Source: Tubulanus polymorphus (lineage: Eukaryota; Animalia; Nemertea). From it: a stretch of DNA of 64,000 nt. Shown here piece by piece: positions 52,289 to 64,000 of the stretch (position 1 is the first letter of the stretch; each line of letters opens with the position of its first letter). The stretch spans positions 10,566,850 through 10,630,849 of the forward strand of contig NC_134029.1 of NCBI RefSeq assembly GCF_964204645.1, in the 5' to 3' direction. The notes beneath the pieces were generated by a model. It made no database searches. It saw only the letters and a list, made by a program, of their open reading frames with translations, and had not been told where the DNA came from. The translations under genes and the position numbers were made by a program.

Positions 52289-52465
52289 GGGGATCATTCA
52301 TTTATTCCGTATGCGTAGAATTTGAATTATTCAAACCCCTTCCCCTCTGTACACAAATTTGGCCATTTTTTCATATACATCAAGCATTCCAGTATGAAAT
52401 TGCACTGACCCCCTACCCCTACCCCTCCCCCTCCCCCAATACGTACGTAATAAATGAATGACCCC
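52289..52465. mobile_element. Short MITE related to 38383-38986
   Basis: Ends ggggatcattcatttattccgta / tacgtaataaatgaatgacccc. Confidence 0.7.
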
Positions 52466-55400
52466 TAGGCAAAAACTACCAATTAAGGACGAAAGAGTTA
52501 TTTACAAAAACTGACCAAATATATTTCACAGAAATGATTAAATTCATAGATGAATTTAGCGATTTAATTTCATTACAACAAAATTTCTTTGTGCAAAGCT
52601 AATTTAACCTTAACCCTTCAACCAAAATTTTTTGAAATGATCTAATACAGTTAACCAACGTAAACCCCAGTAATATAGTAGACTCCGCCCAATTCGGATC
52701 CCTTTGGACTACAATTTCTTTTACTGAGTTAACCGAATACCGTCTTAGGGATCAGGCATTTAAGATTTCTACATGACCAATAAAGTTCATCTAACATTAA
52801 ATATATGACAATTTACGGGACTATTCAGTGTTATAGGTCCATAACTGGTTTATAGTGAAACATTTTGGGATTATTGGAATTGTAAGCTGCAGGATGAGCT
52901 CAAGGGATTTTCTGTACATGACCAGTGCAGAGAAATTGACATTAGTGTTCTATTGTCAGTTTTTATTGCCAGAAGGTAGATCAATTAAAGATCATTGGAA
53001 CGTCAGGGAATTGCCTGCGTGAAAGGGGAATATTCTCATTCAGAGCTACGGTTTTATTTCAAAACATCATAACATTTGATAGGGTCAATTTTTAAATTGA
53101 TGACTGTTTCGTGTGATTTTGTCTCACTTTGAAATCCTCACACAAGGTCGGCTTTGAGCTACCGAGCAAGGCAGTTTACCAAGAAGAGTGGTTTGTTTTC
53201 ATCAAATGGTTAATACAAAATTCGGTCAGTACAATGATTTTTCATTTTTCCCACGGATACCGTACTAATGAGGTTCAACTGTATATAACTTCAGTGTTCC
53301 AAATGGCAAGATCAACATTCAAATAAAATATACACATCCATATATCAACAATACAATGGGTCTTGTAGTATCTAATCGATCAAGTAATTTGGCAAAAATA
53401 TTATTGCAATTATTCTCTACTGTTCTATAGTAAAGCTATGATTTAAAGTCAACTCAGTTATCCACCACTTCTAGGATTTTAATTAACAGATATCATCCGA
53501 TAGCAATCGTGGCAGCCGAAAACAGTAAATTGATATTTAACTTTTAAAATCTTTGTAGTCTACTATTAAAATCTTTTGGCAGAAAGATACAGTAGACTCC
53601 AGCTGCCTCGAAGAGCAGACTCCAGTAGTGGTATACAGTCCAACTCGCTTGAGTGGTCGTAGTGAGACGATCATTAATAATGATAACATAATCTATGCGA
53701 ATGGCGAAGACTCATCCGACGATGTCTTAAGCGAGCATGACTGTCTAATTGAAGGTTGACTGTAAAATGAATTAGAAGCTCACAAGAAGAGACATATAGG
53801 AGTCCGATGCTACAAATACTATTTTGCGTGTATTGTCGCACACTGATATTTAATGGAAATATCTCAGAATGAGGTACCAGCACACACCAGATGAGGATTC
53901 AACAATATACCCATGTATACGATTCTATAGGCTCCTGAACACAAATACAGTGTACATGTATTTCTAAAATAATCATGAAACAAAATTGCTCTTCTTATCA
54001 AACAGTTGATTCAAATATAATTGAAATGTAATAGAAATTGAAGCACAGTTATTGAGTTACTACATGTACAAGTAAACCTGACAGTCCTTATGGAAACCTT
54101 ACTTGCTACAGACTGCAGCTGTGTCAATCCAAACTGAACAAATCATATCTTACTGAGATGTCATAGTAAACCCAATTTAATCTGGATCAATTGTGACAAG
54201 TTATAAACATAGAGAATGAGAGATATAGAGTTAGAAATAGCTAACTTTACCATTTTCAAGCAAATGATTCTTGGCGTATGCTAGAGTGGTCACCACCTTT
54301 AATTAGCGACATAGTGGACCATCATGTGACTTTTCCCAAAGAATTATCTTTGACTAGGCAACTGAAGCTGCATGGTCAATATCATTGCCAACTAAACCAA
54401 GCTGGCAATATCGCTAAACTTGAAATCATGAAATCATAGCTGGGATCATCACTATGTCGGAATGACACTTACACTCAGTAAATCAAAGAAAAAATAGACT
54501 CAAATATTAATAGATTCACTTGCCTATAAACGCAAGTACCTAAATGACTTACCACACACAGTCCTACATCAACTTTGCTTTGCATTAACTCTTAGGCTAA
54601 CAACTTTGCACAATACAAATTACCCTGCAGTACCAACTTTCCAAGACTATTGAAAAGCCAAAACTACACATACCAGAACATGAAAGAATCACTCAGAAGC
54701 TGTTGTAATGTAGTAATCATTTTGTAGCATTAGAAAGGTATCTATAGGACACTTTAGAAGATTTAAGTATTAGTTTTGAATTACAAGTCATTAATGTTAT
54801 ATCCTGATTCAGCAGGACTGTATATTTACTAGAGTTTAGCAATGAAAAACTTCAGCGAGAGAAAATACTGATCATGGTGTACAAATTAGACATGATTTTA
54901 AGGGAATTAAGTCCTTTTAGAATGCAACCATTCTGTGTAAGCGAATTATTCCTTTCGCAGCGTACACACTTGCACTGCCAGTGTGTATTGCATTATTTCA
55001 TTTTTATTACAAAAATATGAATTTTCAATTTCGTTTCATACAAAAATTGTCTCAAGTCCGTTGCTGGTTTAAGCTCAAAATCAATAGGTGCATGATGTTT
55101 CTGGAATGTCATACATACATCAGGTGCCACATGTATGACGTTTACAAAAGTCACACCCAGCAAAAGGGTTAAGCACTTGTACAGTTTAAGCAGGGATGGA
55201 TTAACCAAGGTTGACAAATACGAAACTACAAAAATGGTACCATCATTTGAAAAGACAGTTTTTCATTCATGTAGTTCTCCCTATCTTCCATGGCAGACTT
55301 CCATTGAAAATAAGCTGGAGAATACTACAAGACAAGATCACTATTTAATAACAATAATAAATAGTCCTGTTTAAGCCATATTGAATACAGTCCTGTTTAA

Positions 55401-55627
55401 CCCAAGAGCTGCTGTTAACCTCCCATGTAGATGAGCCTTAATCTTATAACAACTGACCAGATTAAAATGTATTTACTGAACTTATTCCATCAAAGAATAT
55501 TCCATCAAAGTTTAAACCAAAGTATATGTATTCATTGCAATCACATTAGCAATTACGCACAAGTTTATAAGTCCAAGTTCGTCTATGCGCCATAAAAGTG
55601 TGTTCATCTCTTGCCTGGTTTGCTTCG

Positions 55628-55720
55628 TTATAACGGAACATTGCTGAACAAGTAAGACACTGATTCGCCATTGTGTGTGCGTCGAATAGCTTCTGCTAAC
55701 ATCATCGAAATATCAATACA
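55628..55720 (-). CDS. PRPS1: Ribose-phosphate pyrophosphokinase (class I PRPS), canonical last exon; upstream exons not found in window
   Basis: ttttgcag|[30 protein letters not shown]-stop, near-identical to the animal PRPS1/2 C-terminus. Confidence 0.95.
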   Translation of the reverse strand, partial: CIDISMMLAEAIRRTHNGESVSYLFSNVPL

Positions 55721-55743
55721 CTGCAAAAATAACCATCAAAAAC

Positions 55744-55878
55744 TTATATTACAAACGTTGGTTGCTTCAACTTCTCTAGGTCGGGTGCAGGTTTTTCAAG
55801 TGAAGTCTTTTTCTCAGATCTCATGCTCTGATAAACTTTCTCTATGCCTGCCGCAATGACACAGGATATGTCCACACA
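55744..55878 (-). CDS. Putative alternative, duplicated PRPS terminal exon
   Basis: tttttcag|CVDISCVIAAGIEKVYQSMRSEKKTSLEKPAPDLEKLKQPTFVI-stop; phase 0; start aligns with [12 protein letters not shown]. Confidence 0.65.
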   Translation of the reverse strand, partial: CVDISCVIAAGIEKVYQSMRSEKKTSLEKPAPDLEKLKQPTFVI

Positions 55879-56366
55879 CTGAAAAATTTAAGTTTTACAT
55901 AATATTAACCTTTAGTAAAACCAAGAAATAGAATAATTACAAAACTGTTATCTTTAAATTTGTCACAACAAGGGATAAGGAAACAGACACAACTATGGTT
56001 CAGTGTTGCCAGCACCTAGCTATAATATTTTCGGAAATCTTTCCAGTAATCGAAAGTTCTCGGACGTTACACAAGCACTTGCGAGTGCCTAAGCCCTTTT
56101 GCAGGCTTTGGGATTTTTTGAAAATTTTAGAAATTAGAAGTGTTTTCCAAGCACTTAGAGTGATCCCTCTATTATATTTTGGAAGGTAATAGCTATTTCC
56201 AATGTGGCACATCCTCATTCGATGACAATCAGCATTTCACGCATTACGGGTCGAGCCCTGAATTATTGCAGTTAAAATGCGCTGATGAAAGCTCGCAAAT
56301 ACAGGATCGTTCCTGTACCGTTGGCGCTACCAAATTAGGAACACTTGGTTGGCAAGAAAATTGTTT

Positions 56367-57030
56367 AACAAGAGGCCCACAGACCTTATACCTTCATGAC
56401 ACAGTAGAAGAAGAATCATTCAGTATTCAAAGTTTAACTGAAAGATTTACGTTGTAACGATGTAACAAGTTTTAAAATAGTTAAGATGGTATTGGCTATG
56501 TGGCGATAATGTTCATTTTCTGTTAATATATCCTTACGTGAAAAGACAAGCCCATTTTAGCTGGCCCAAAAATCGCACTACATGAAAAAATGCATCAAGA
56601 ATTGGTGTAGGCATCGTGCTGAAAAGAGATCAAAGATGGATGGCAACCCTGGTGGCCATACTTGAACTCAATTTTCAATAAGGGGTAGACATTTCACCTA
56701 CCAAAATTGTTACACCTCATATCATGAAAATGCATCAAGAATTGCAGGCCGTTTCGTGCTACTAATTCAAGATGGCTGACCTGGCGGCCATATTTGAATG
56801 CCGATGACCTCCATATACGTAAGACATGGACAGCTTACCTACCCTGATCCTCACACCAAATATTGTGGAAATCCATCAAGAATTGCGGGCTGCATACAAG
56901 CAATTCAAGACAGCCACCCCAATGGCAGCCATATTTGATCACCAATGACATTTTTTACGATAGGGGTGGACATCTTGCCAGACCCAATCTTTAAGCTAAT
57001 TTTCAAAAAGATTCATCACAAATTACAGGC
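56367..57030 (-). repeat. Old HINE-like element with degenerate ~125-bp tandem units
   Basis: Begins aacaagaggccca; recurring aaatgcatcaagaattg...caagatggc...ggccatatttga units. Confidence 0.6.
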
Positions 57031-58349
57031 AAATTACTGTGTCGAATTCAATTCAATTCCAGAGGGCCTGGCTTAGGCCTATGCAATAGGAGTCAATTTA
57101 AGATTCGGCTTTTTGAAAAACCAGCAGAGATGCCTATTCAAATCACATGTAATTAAAAAAATCAGTGCTTCTTAGTTTGATGTCCCTGTTTTCATCGCGC
57201 ACGTGGTTAAAATTATTGCTTACATCGAACGTCTCCAACAGCTGATAGGACCGCACCCGCACCTGTCAATCATCATAATTGATTCATATACTAAAATGCT
57301 CACTATGAAAAAACTATGCGGTGAATCAATCCGGAATTTTTCAGTAGAATGTCAGACACTGGGTACCTTTCTTTGAAGGTTTATTTGTTGTATGTCATAA
57401 ACAATCAGTTATATAATACTTTATAATACTTTATTCATAACTTCGAAGCGCACCGGTAACGAACGCTCGAGCAAGGTTAGTCACGTAGGCCAACGATAAC
57501 ACGAAACAGACCACGGATTTGCCGGTTAAGAGCGTCTCTCCACATAAATTAGAGGGACTGTAATGGGGCGCTATTGCACTGCTATCGGCCTGTAATGGAC
57601 CATTTGTTGACACTAACCTTAATTAAAATTTGTATGGATACAATCAAGATAATTCCACCCTATAATTCCACTATTCAACGATCGACGCGCAGCTTAAATT
57701 ACAACTTTTGGTACTAAAATTTGTATTTCCGAGTAGTACTTACCCATTCCTATGGTTTTTACCAATATTTTCTAAATTTGGATTGTTCACCAATGGTTTT
57801 TCCATACGACCCAGCCCTGCGGTATTGTATTTAGCCACCGGCGAATGCATCTTTTTACGTCATAGCAGACCCAAAAATGCAGCTATGCGGGGCAGGTGAA
57901 TGGGATTCCCGCCATAGGAAAGGGTAAGTACTACTCGGAAATACAAATTTTAGTTCCAAAAATTGTAATATTTCCGTATAGTACTGTACCCTTTCCTATG
58001 GTTTTTGCTAGACTAGCCTAGCACAAAGATGGTGGGAAAGGAAGATAGAAAAACCACCACTCAAACGCAAGGTAAGAGGGAAAAAAGAGAGCACTTTCCC
58101 AAGCAAGGAATGGAGCGCTGTAGCACAGGGAAGACCGGTTGACCACAGTGATTCCGTCCAGCTCAGCCCCCCCCCCCCCCCGAATTTAAAATTAATACTT
58201 GCGAATATGAGCTCAAACTATGCACATGGATACACCCCTTGTGATCCTGATAATACAAACATAAAATTCTACGCTTAAGAGTCCAATCCGAAAGAATGGA
58301 CACCTTGAGCCATAACAACAGGACCGAGTGAAGCTAATGAGCCTAACTG

Positions 58350-59345
58350 GCCTGAAAATCCCGTAAATAAAATGACGTGAATGTCGATGGAGAACTACTT
58401 CCAAAAGGCTGCCCGACAAACTTCATCCAACGGAGCACTTGAAAAGGCTGCGCAGGAAGTAGCCATAGACCTCACTTGATGAGAAACAAGTCCCTCCGAG
58501 GAAAGATTCTCCTTCAAAAAAATGTCCTTGATCAGTGAAGAGACCCATCGGGCCACTGTGTCCCGAGAAATATCACCCTTCAGGTGATCCAGCAGCGGAA
58601 TAAACAACCGCTGCCGCGAAACCCCTTCGTGGAGCAGAGCGATCTAAATAGAAACACAACGCCCGTACAGGACATAACGTCCTGTCCGGAAGACCCGGTT
58701 CCACTCGACGTTTCAGGGCTTCAATTCGCCATTGACGACCATCCGAGCCTGGCCGTTGGTTCTTTGCCAAAAACTCCAAAGCAGGCCACAGCGAAACAAA
58801 TTCCTTCGCTGGCAGAAGACAATATGACCTTGTCGCACTGAAAGTGCATGATTCTCAGAACGACGGGCCGAGCAAGCCAAGAACAGCAAGAATACAGTCT
58901 TTTTTTGACAAATTCGCAAATGACGCTGCCGAAAGAGGTTCAAATGGAGCCTCCATTAACTTCTTCAAAATTACAGACAGATCCCATGGTGGAACTATCC
59001 TCGGTACCCGAGGCCGGGAAACAGAAAACCCTGCAACAAGCTGGGATATCCGATGATCCCTGTTAAATTTGGCCATCCAGAAGCACGCAATGTATGAGAA
59101 ATCACAGAGCGGTAACCTTTAATAGTTATAACCTGCAAACCTTTTACTACAAATAGATGCAGTAAAAAATCTGCCAATTGAGCTACAGAGGGTGAGCATG
59201 TATCAATTTCCCCTGCAGCACACCAATCCGCAAAATGACCCCATTTGGCATCGTAAATGGTTCTTGTTGATGGCCACTTAGCTCCTGCAATAAGAGGCAG
59301 CCTGTTTGAAAAGCCGGAAACTGACAAGGATCGCTGGACAATGGC
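58350..59345 (-). pseudogene. DIRS tyrosine recombinase, disrupted
   Basis: STRTIYDAKWGHFADWC, TIKGYRSVI, ACSARRSE, LCPVRAL, HQVRSMATS. Confidence 0.9.
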
Positions 59346-61180
59346 CAGGCGGGCAGGTTTAACCACTGGCTGTTTGGATGATGTCGAAAGTTCCCCAGAG
59401 ACAGAAGCGATGGGAAATTCGGAAGAATCCTGGGGTTGTCGCACAGTAGGTTGAGAAGTGGTATTAACCATTTCTGAGCAGGCCAACATGGTGCTACCAG
59501 AACTATGTTGCAATTGACTGATCTCTCTATTTGATCCAGCAAGCGCGGGAGGACTGGTGTGGGCGGGAACGCATACGCATGCATCCCCGACCAGTCCAGA
59601 GAGAAGGCATCGTGTGGAATCGGGGAAACAAACATAGGACACCTCCGATTGAACGGGGTGGCAAACAGATCCAGCAGCGGATTGCCAAACATGTCTCAAA
59701 CCCGATTGGCTACTTCTTGGTGGAGAAGCCATTCTGTTGCAATAGCCTGACCTCGACGAGAAAGAGCATCGGTTACATTCCTTTTCCCTGCTAAATGTGC
59801 CACGGTCAGGGAAATGCCCTTTGTCTGGCACCAACGAAGAATTTTGGCTGACAGATGCGCGAGGATTTCTGAGTGAGTGGCCCCTTGATTCTGAAGCTAA
59901 GCCCTCACTGTTGAATTGTCCGTGGCTAACCAAACGTGGTGGCACTCCACTCTCCTGTGAAAGAACTTCAGGGCCTTCCACACGGCCAGCATTTCCAGGA
60001 AATTTATATGGTTGGTGGCTTCGTAGCGAGACCACCTCCCGGCTTTGACTCGGTTCTCCAAGTGTGCCCCCCACCCTTGGTGACTGGCATCCGTGAATAC
60101 TCGAACTGGAGCCTCTAACGGAGCTAGTGACACCCCGCGCCGAAGATTTGTAGTTGTCGCCCACCGATGAAGATCTGGAGATCGGTTGGAGGTACGGGAA
60201 TCAAGGTCTCCCAGTTGCCCTTCGACTGAGACCAGAAGACCTTCCAATATTGTTGCAAGCGCCTGCTTCTGAGGCTGCGTAAGGGCACCACCAGACCCAC
60301 GGAGCTGATGGAGCCTAGAACCCGTGACCAGTAACGAGCTGTTCTCGGGGTTGTGGGCACTCCTGCTATAGCTTTTTGAAGTTTGGCTACTCGAGCCATA
60401 GACGGAAAGACTTTGCCGATTCGGAGATCGAAGTCCATGCCGAGATAAGTGAACTATTGGGCCGGCGTCAACTGAGGTTTTTCCCTGTTTACACGGAACC
60501 CTAGCTGATGGACTAAGTCCAAGACTGAGGTCATTGCCTCCCGACATTCTTGAGCCGAGTTCGCGACTATTAACCAGTTGTCGAGATAAACGAACAGTCG
60601 AACACCCCTTGACTGAAGTACTTCTGAACAGACTTGACCAACTTGGTGAAAACCCACGGGGCCGTACTAAGGCCAAATGGAAGAGACCTGAATTGGAACT
60701 GGCGGCCTTTCCACTTTATCCTGAGAAATCGCCGAGATTTTGGCTGAATTGGAACCTGAAAGTAAGCATCTTTCAGGTCCAATGAAGCCGTCCATTGACC
60801 CGGACGGAGCCCTTGAATCACGTCCTTTGGTTTGGTCATCCAGAACCATGGAATGTCTAGGTGCCGATTGAGGGATAACTATTACCGTCCGTTGACCCCC
60901 TGTGGCCTTTGGCACCATGAATATTCAAGAAAACCAGCCGGGAGAAGTTTCGTTGCAAACTAGTTCTATCGTTCCCTTCTCAGCCAATTCCTTGAGAGCC
61001 GGAGAGATTAAGGCCTCCTGACCTGGTTTTGGTCGCATGTCGGGAGGTGACCTCGTCAGGCGCAGTCCCCTTAGGAAATGGAGACGGTAGCCATGAGAGA
61101 CAACCCGGAAGGGCCAACCGTCTCCGAAAATGTCGGACCAGTGGGTAGCTGCCTGCTGCAGACAACCTCCCACTGGTCCC
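59330..61180 (-). pseudogene. DIRS pol (RT, RNase H, methyltransferase), frameshifted
   Basis: LDLKDAYFQVPI, LPFGLSTAPWVFTK, YLDNWL, FTDASHQGWGAH, HINFLEM, DLFA...YAFPP. Confidence 0.92.
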
Positions 61181-63749
61181 GAGAATTTTTCCAAAAGGAA
61201 GAGCCCCTTGACGCGATTGTTGAAGCCGCGCGCTAGTTCTCTAACCGGCATCTGTAGCCGCCTGAGAAAGCGCTGAAGTTTGAGTTCCGAGATTTCATAC
61301 CACGTTCTGGAGGGGAAATGAAAACGTTCCAGGGCTACATTCACCCCATAATTGCGTATCTAATCGAGCCCATTCTCTTGAAACCGCTGGCCATTCCCAT
61401 ATAACATTACGATCGGAGTCCGGAGGGCGATAAGCTTCCATTGACTCACCGACCAGAGGAGCTGCTGTGGGCTTAGCGCGAGTTGCCCCGTGTTTGACAA
61501 ACTCACTAATCATTGATCTAAATGGCATGTCCCCCGCTGGTTCGGATAAAACTGAACAGGACGGAGATACATTGCGAGCCAGGGAAGTCCCCATTGTATG
61601 GGGCAGCCCAAAATTGCTAGCGGCAGTAACCACCCCAGAAGTAATTGCTGCTTCTGGGACCGGATCCTCATTGAAATCAGACCCTACCCCAGCATCCAGG
61701 AATTCAGAGTCAGAATTCCGAATAACTGAGTGAGCTGGCGAACTTCTAACCAGACAATCAGGAATAGGTTTACCTGTTGTAGAAGTTGTAGCGACTTGTT
61801 GCGACGACGATACCAAGATTAAAATTTTTTCTTCAAATACATGGAAATCCTTCTGAGTCAGGAATTTTCCCGTATCCCGACGATCATGACGACTTCGGTG
61901 ACGGTCCCTCGAATCGCCTTCTCCGCTAACGACGTCGATGTGCGATGAAGCAACGGACGGCGAAACTTTCTGCAATAACGATCGTAATCCCTCTCGCGAT
62001 CAATCATTGATCTGCGAGAAGGAGACCTCGCGCATTTATTACGCTCACGGCGTCTGTATCTCTACCATCAAAATCACACTTGAATTAAGTGTTGACTTCA
62101 ATCTAGCAATTTGATTAAGGAAATAGCAGCACTTTAGTTGAAAAAAGTTGATAAACCACCTACGACTGTCGAATCATTTAAAAGCTTTGATATCACATGG
62201 AACTATTTCCGCCTTATCACAGGTGCGCTCTGCCGCCGTGATTCGCCCATTCAACGATAAAAACTTTCCCACGGTCTTACTATCGACATTTTCTAATAAT
62301 TTAGGGAAATATCTAAGACCAGAAAGAAACTTTCCATGATGGGTTTCGGTATTGACTTAGAACTTGAAAAGTGAAAGGAAATAACTGTGCTGATGCGGTG
62401 CATGTTTAATCCATACTATCAAGGTAAAACGTCAGTAAATATACTTACCATGGTGACCGGAAACAGTCTGCTCTCGGCACAATCGCCAAGAGCCGATGCC
62501 ATAGGCCAATGACCGTGCAGTCCATTGGGCATATGCTTCACATCCATGATTCAACATGAGTGTCTTGAAGCTGGTCACAGACTGAACCTTAAGGCCAACT
62601 GCTAGCTGTACCCTGAGGGCCTATAGCTAGTCTTACGACTGACCAAGTGGAACAGGAAAACAATATACACCAGCGGAGGAACGACAGTTACGCAAGTTTA
62701 ACTATGGACATTTTGGACTTGACAATTTTGATCCCGTGGGGCAATGACATAAAACAACTAAAACTTGAACATTAACTACTCGGGACAAACAAAATCAGAA
62801 GATGCTATATAAGTTAATCAAATTTCAGGGCAGTACATATTAAACCAGGACGGCCGGTTACTGTTGAAATCAAGATCTGCAACTGAGTGAATGTGGCTTT
62901 CAATAGTTTCATTCATGACAGGTATGAAAAGTAAAGCAATTTAGGCCCAAGTTCAAAACGTTTTTAAATGTGACACCATGTCTTCGCATGACCATTCGAC
63001 AATTAAAATTTGGGTCCGTTGATGCATGTCTGTGTGCATGCGGTAAAAATACTAATCTTCTCCATGAGAAGCGTTATCTATTACTACACGTAATTGATAC
63101 ATAAATGGTTAACGCCTTATTGCTGACAATGCAATCGACTCGCGTTGTACACTAAGTATAAAAAATATCAAAATCATCAGTGTTGCAAACTAAATACAAG
63201 ATAGCCGGGCTCCAATGATTGCTAACGTAAGGGCATAAAAATGACGGGTTCAATTGATGATACTTAATGCCATCTTTAATTACTTAAGATTAGTTCTCAG
63301 CGTTGATCAAAACACGGATCTTGGGCGTGTGGTATTATCACTGCGGAAAATAGTGGATGCACGCTACCTGCCATGGTGCGCTGATAATATTTTGGTTTAA
63401 ATGATGTTTTTTCAAACAAAATAAACTCTATTCATCAAATGCCTGCTTTGTTTTGTGGAATACGTAGTAAAACTTTGACTTTGTCATCAATATTTCTTGC
63501 GACTGTGATTTAAGCTCCCATACTCAGTGAAGTCAAGTGATATATTCGGGGCGGAAATCTCAGCTGGCCAATTAATTTACGCTGGTTTTTACATAAAGAG
63601 TAGCAACCGGCTGAAACTGCAAAGAATGAACCGGCCTTATCCGAAATCCAAAAGTCTTTACTGCGTAGTGTCCGGAGCACTCCCCAGTCTCTCGGCACCA
63701 GCGCTGAATATCGCGCCCGAGGCGTTAGACTAGATCAGCGCGCGCGCAT

Positions 63750-63840
63750 GCTGTATGAGCGTATCGTATCTCCATATACAAGCGTGTTCTGCGTGCTGTA
63801 TGAGCGTATCATATCTCCATATACAAGTGTGTTCTGTGTT
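63750..63840. repeat. Two-copy ~45-bp tandem repeat
   Basis: gctgtatgagcgtatc(g/a)tatctccatatacaag(c/t)gtgttctg occurs twice. Confidence 0.8.
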
Positions 63841-64000
63841 ACACACACACAGCGAGTGTATTGAGCGTCGCCGTTGTAACGCACTATAGCGGCTTGAACT
63901 AACGAATAACATTGATTATTTTATAACCAAATTTGAGCACTTATAAACATCAGAATCAAATAAAAACCGAGCTGCACCATCTACACCAAGTACAGAATAT

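Larger units (their letters stand above)
57696..62057 (-). mobile_element. DIRS1-like retrotransposon, 5'-truncated (copy 2), in a PRPS intron
   Basis: Collinear with copy 1 from ~2360 to its end; right ITR, extension and ICR at ~57696-58010. Confidence 0.93.

Noticed and set aside
53290-55627. Short ORFs downstream of the PRPS stop codon
   Set aside because: No motifs. The region is most simply a long 3' UTR whose end I could not place.
62449-62580. Minus-strand GTAAGT donor with short open frames, a candidate upstream PRPS exon
   Set aside because: The translations do not resemble PRPS. The true upstream exons probably lie beyond the window.

Overview
This is eukaryotic (animal, probably marine invertebrate; taxon is my inference) genomic DNA, with spliceosomal introns and dense transposon content. 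Three host genes can be built by hand, and the ORF track misses or only partly captures them: the last five exons of an AtuA/DUF1446-family gene (+, 7814-37080, with a 21-kb intron), a complete two-exon TOMM5 gene (-, 42988-45072), and the terminal exon of a class I PRPP synthetase (PRPS, -, 55628-55720). Mobile elements include two decayed DIRS retrotransposons, a full-length PIF/Harbinger, an hAT with a 7-bp TSD holding a nested MITE, a Penelope-like element with a hammerhead motif, a full-length Ty3/Gypsy element, a Polinton-type protein-primed PolB fragment, Helentron-type tandem-repeat elements and many MITEs. The two strongest leads are (1) a Gypsy element with a coiled-coil + SGNH esterase ORF in the env position, behind a splice acceptor, and (2) a duplicated, diverged alternative last exon of PRPS that would remove the allosteric/filament C-terminus. 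All calls were made by eye with no database searches, so I could not test novelty.
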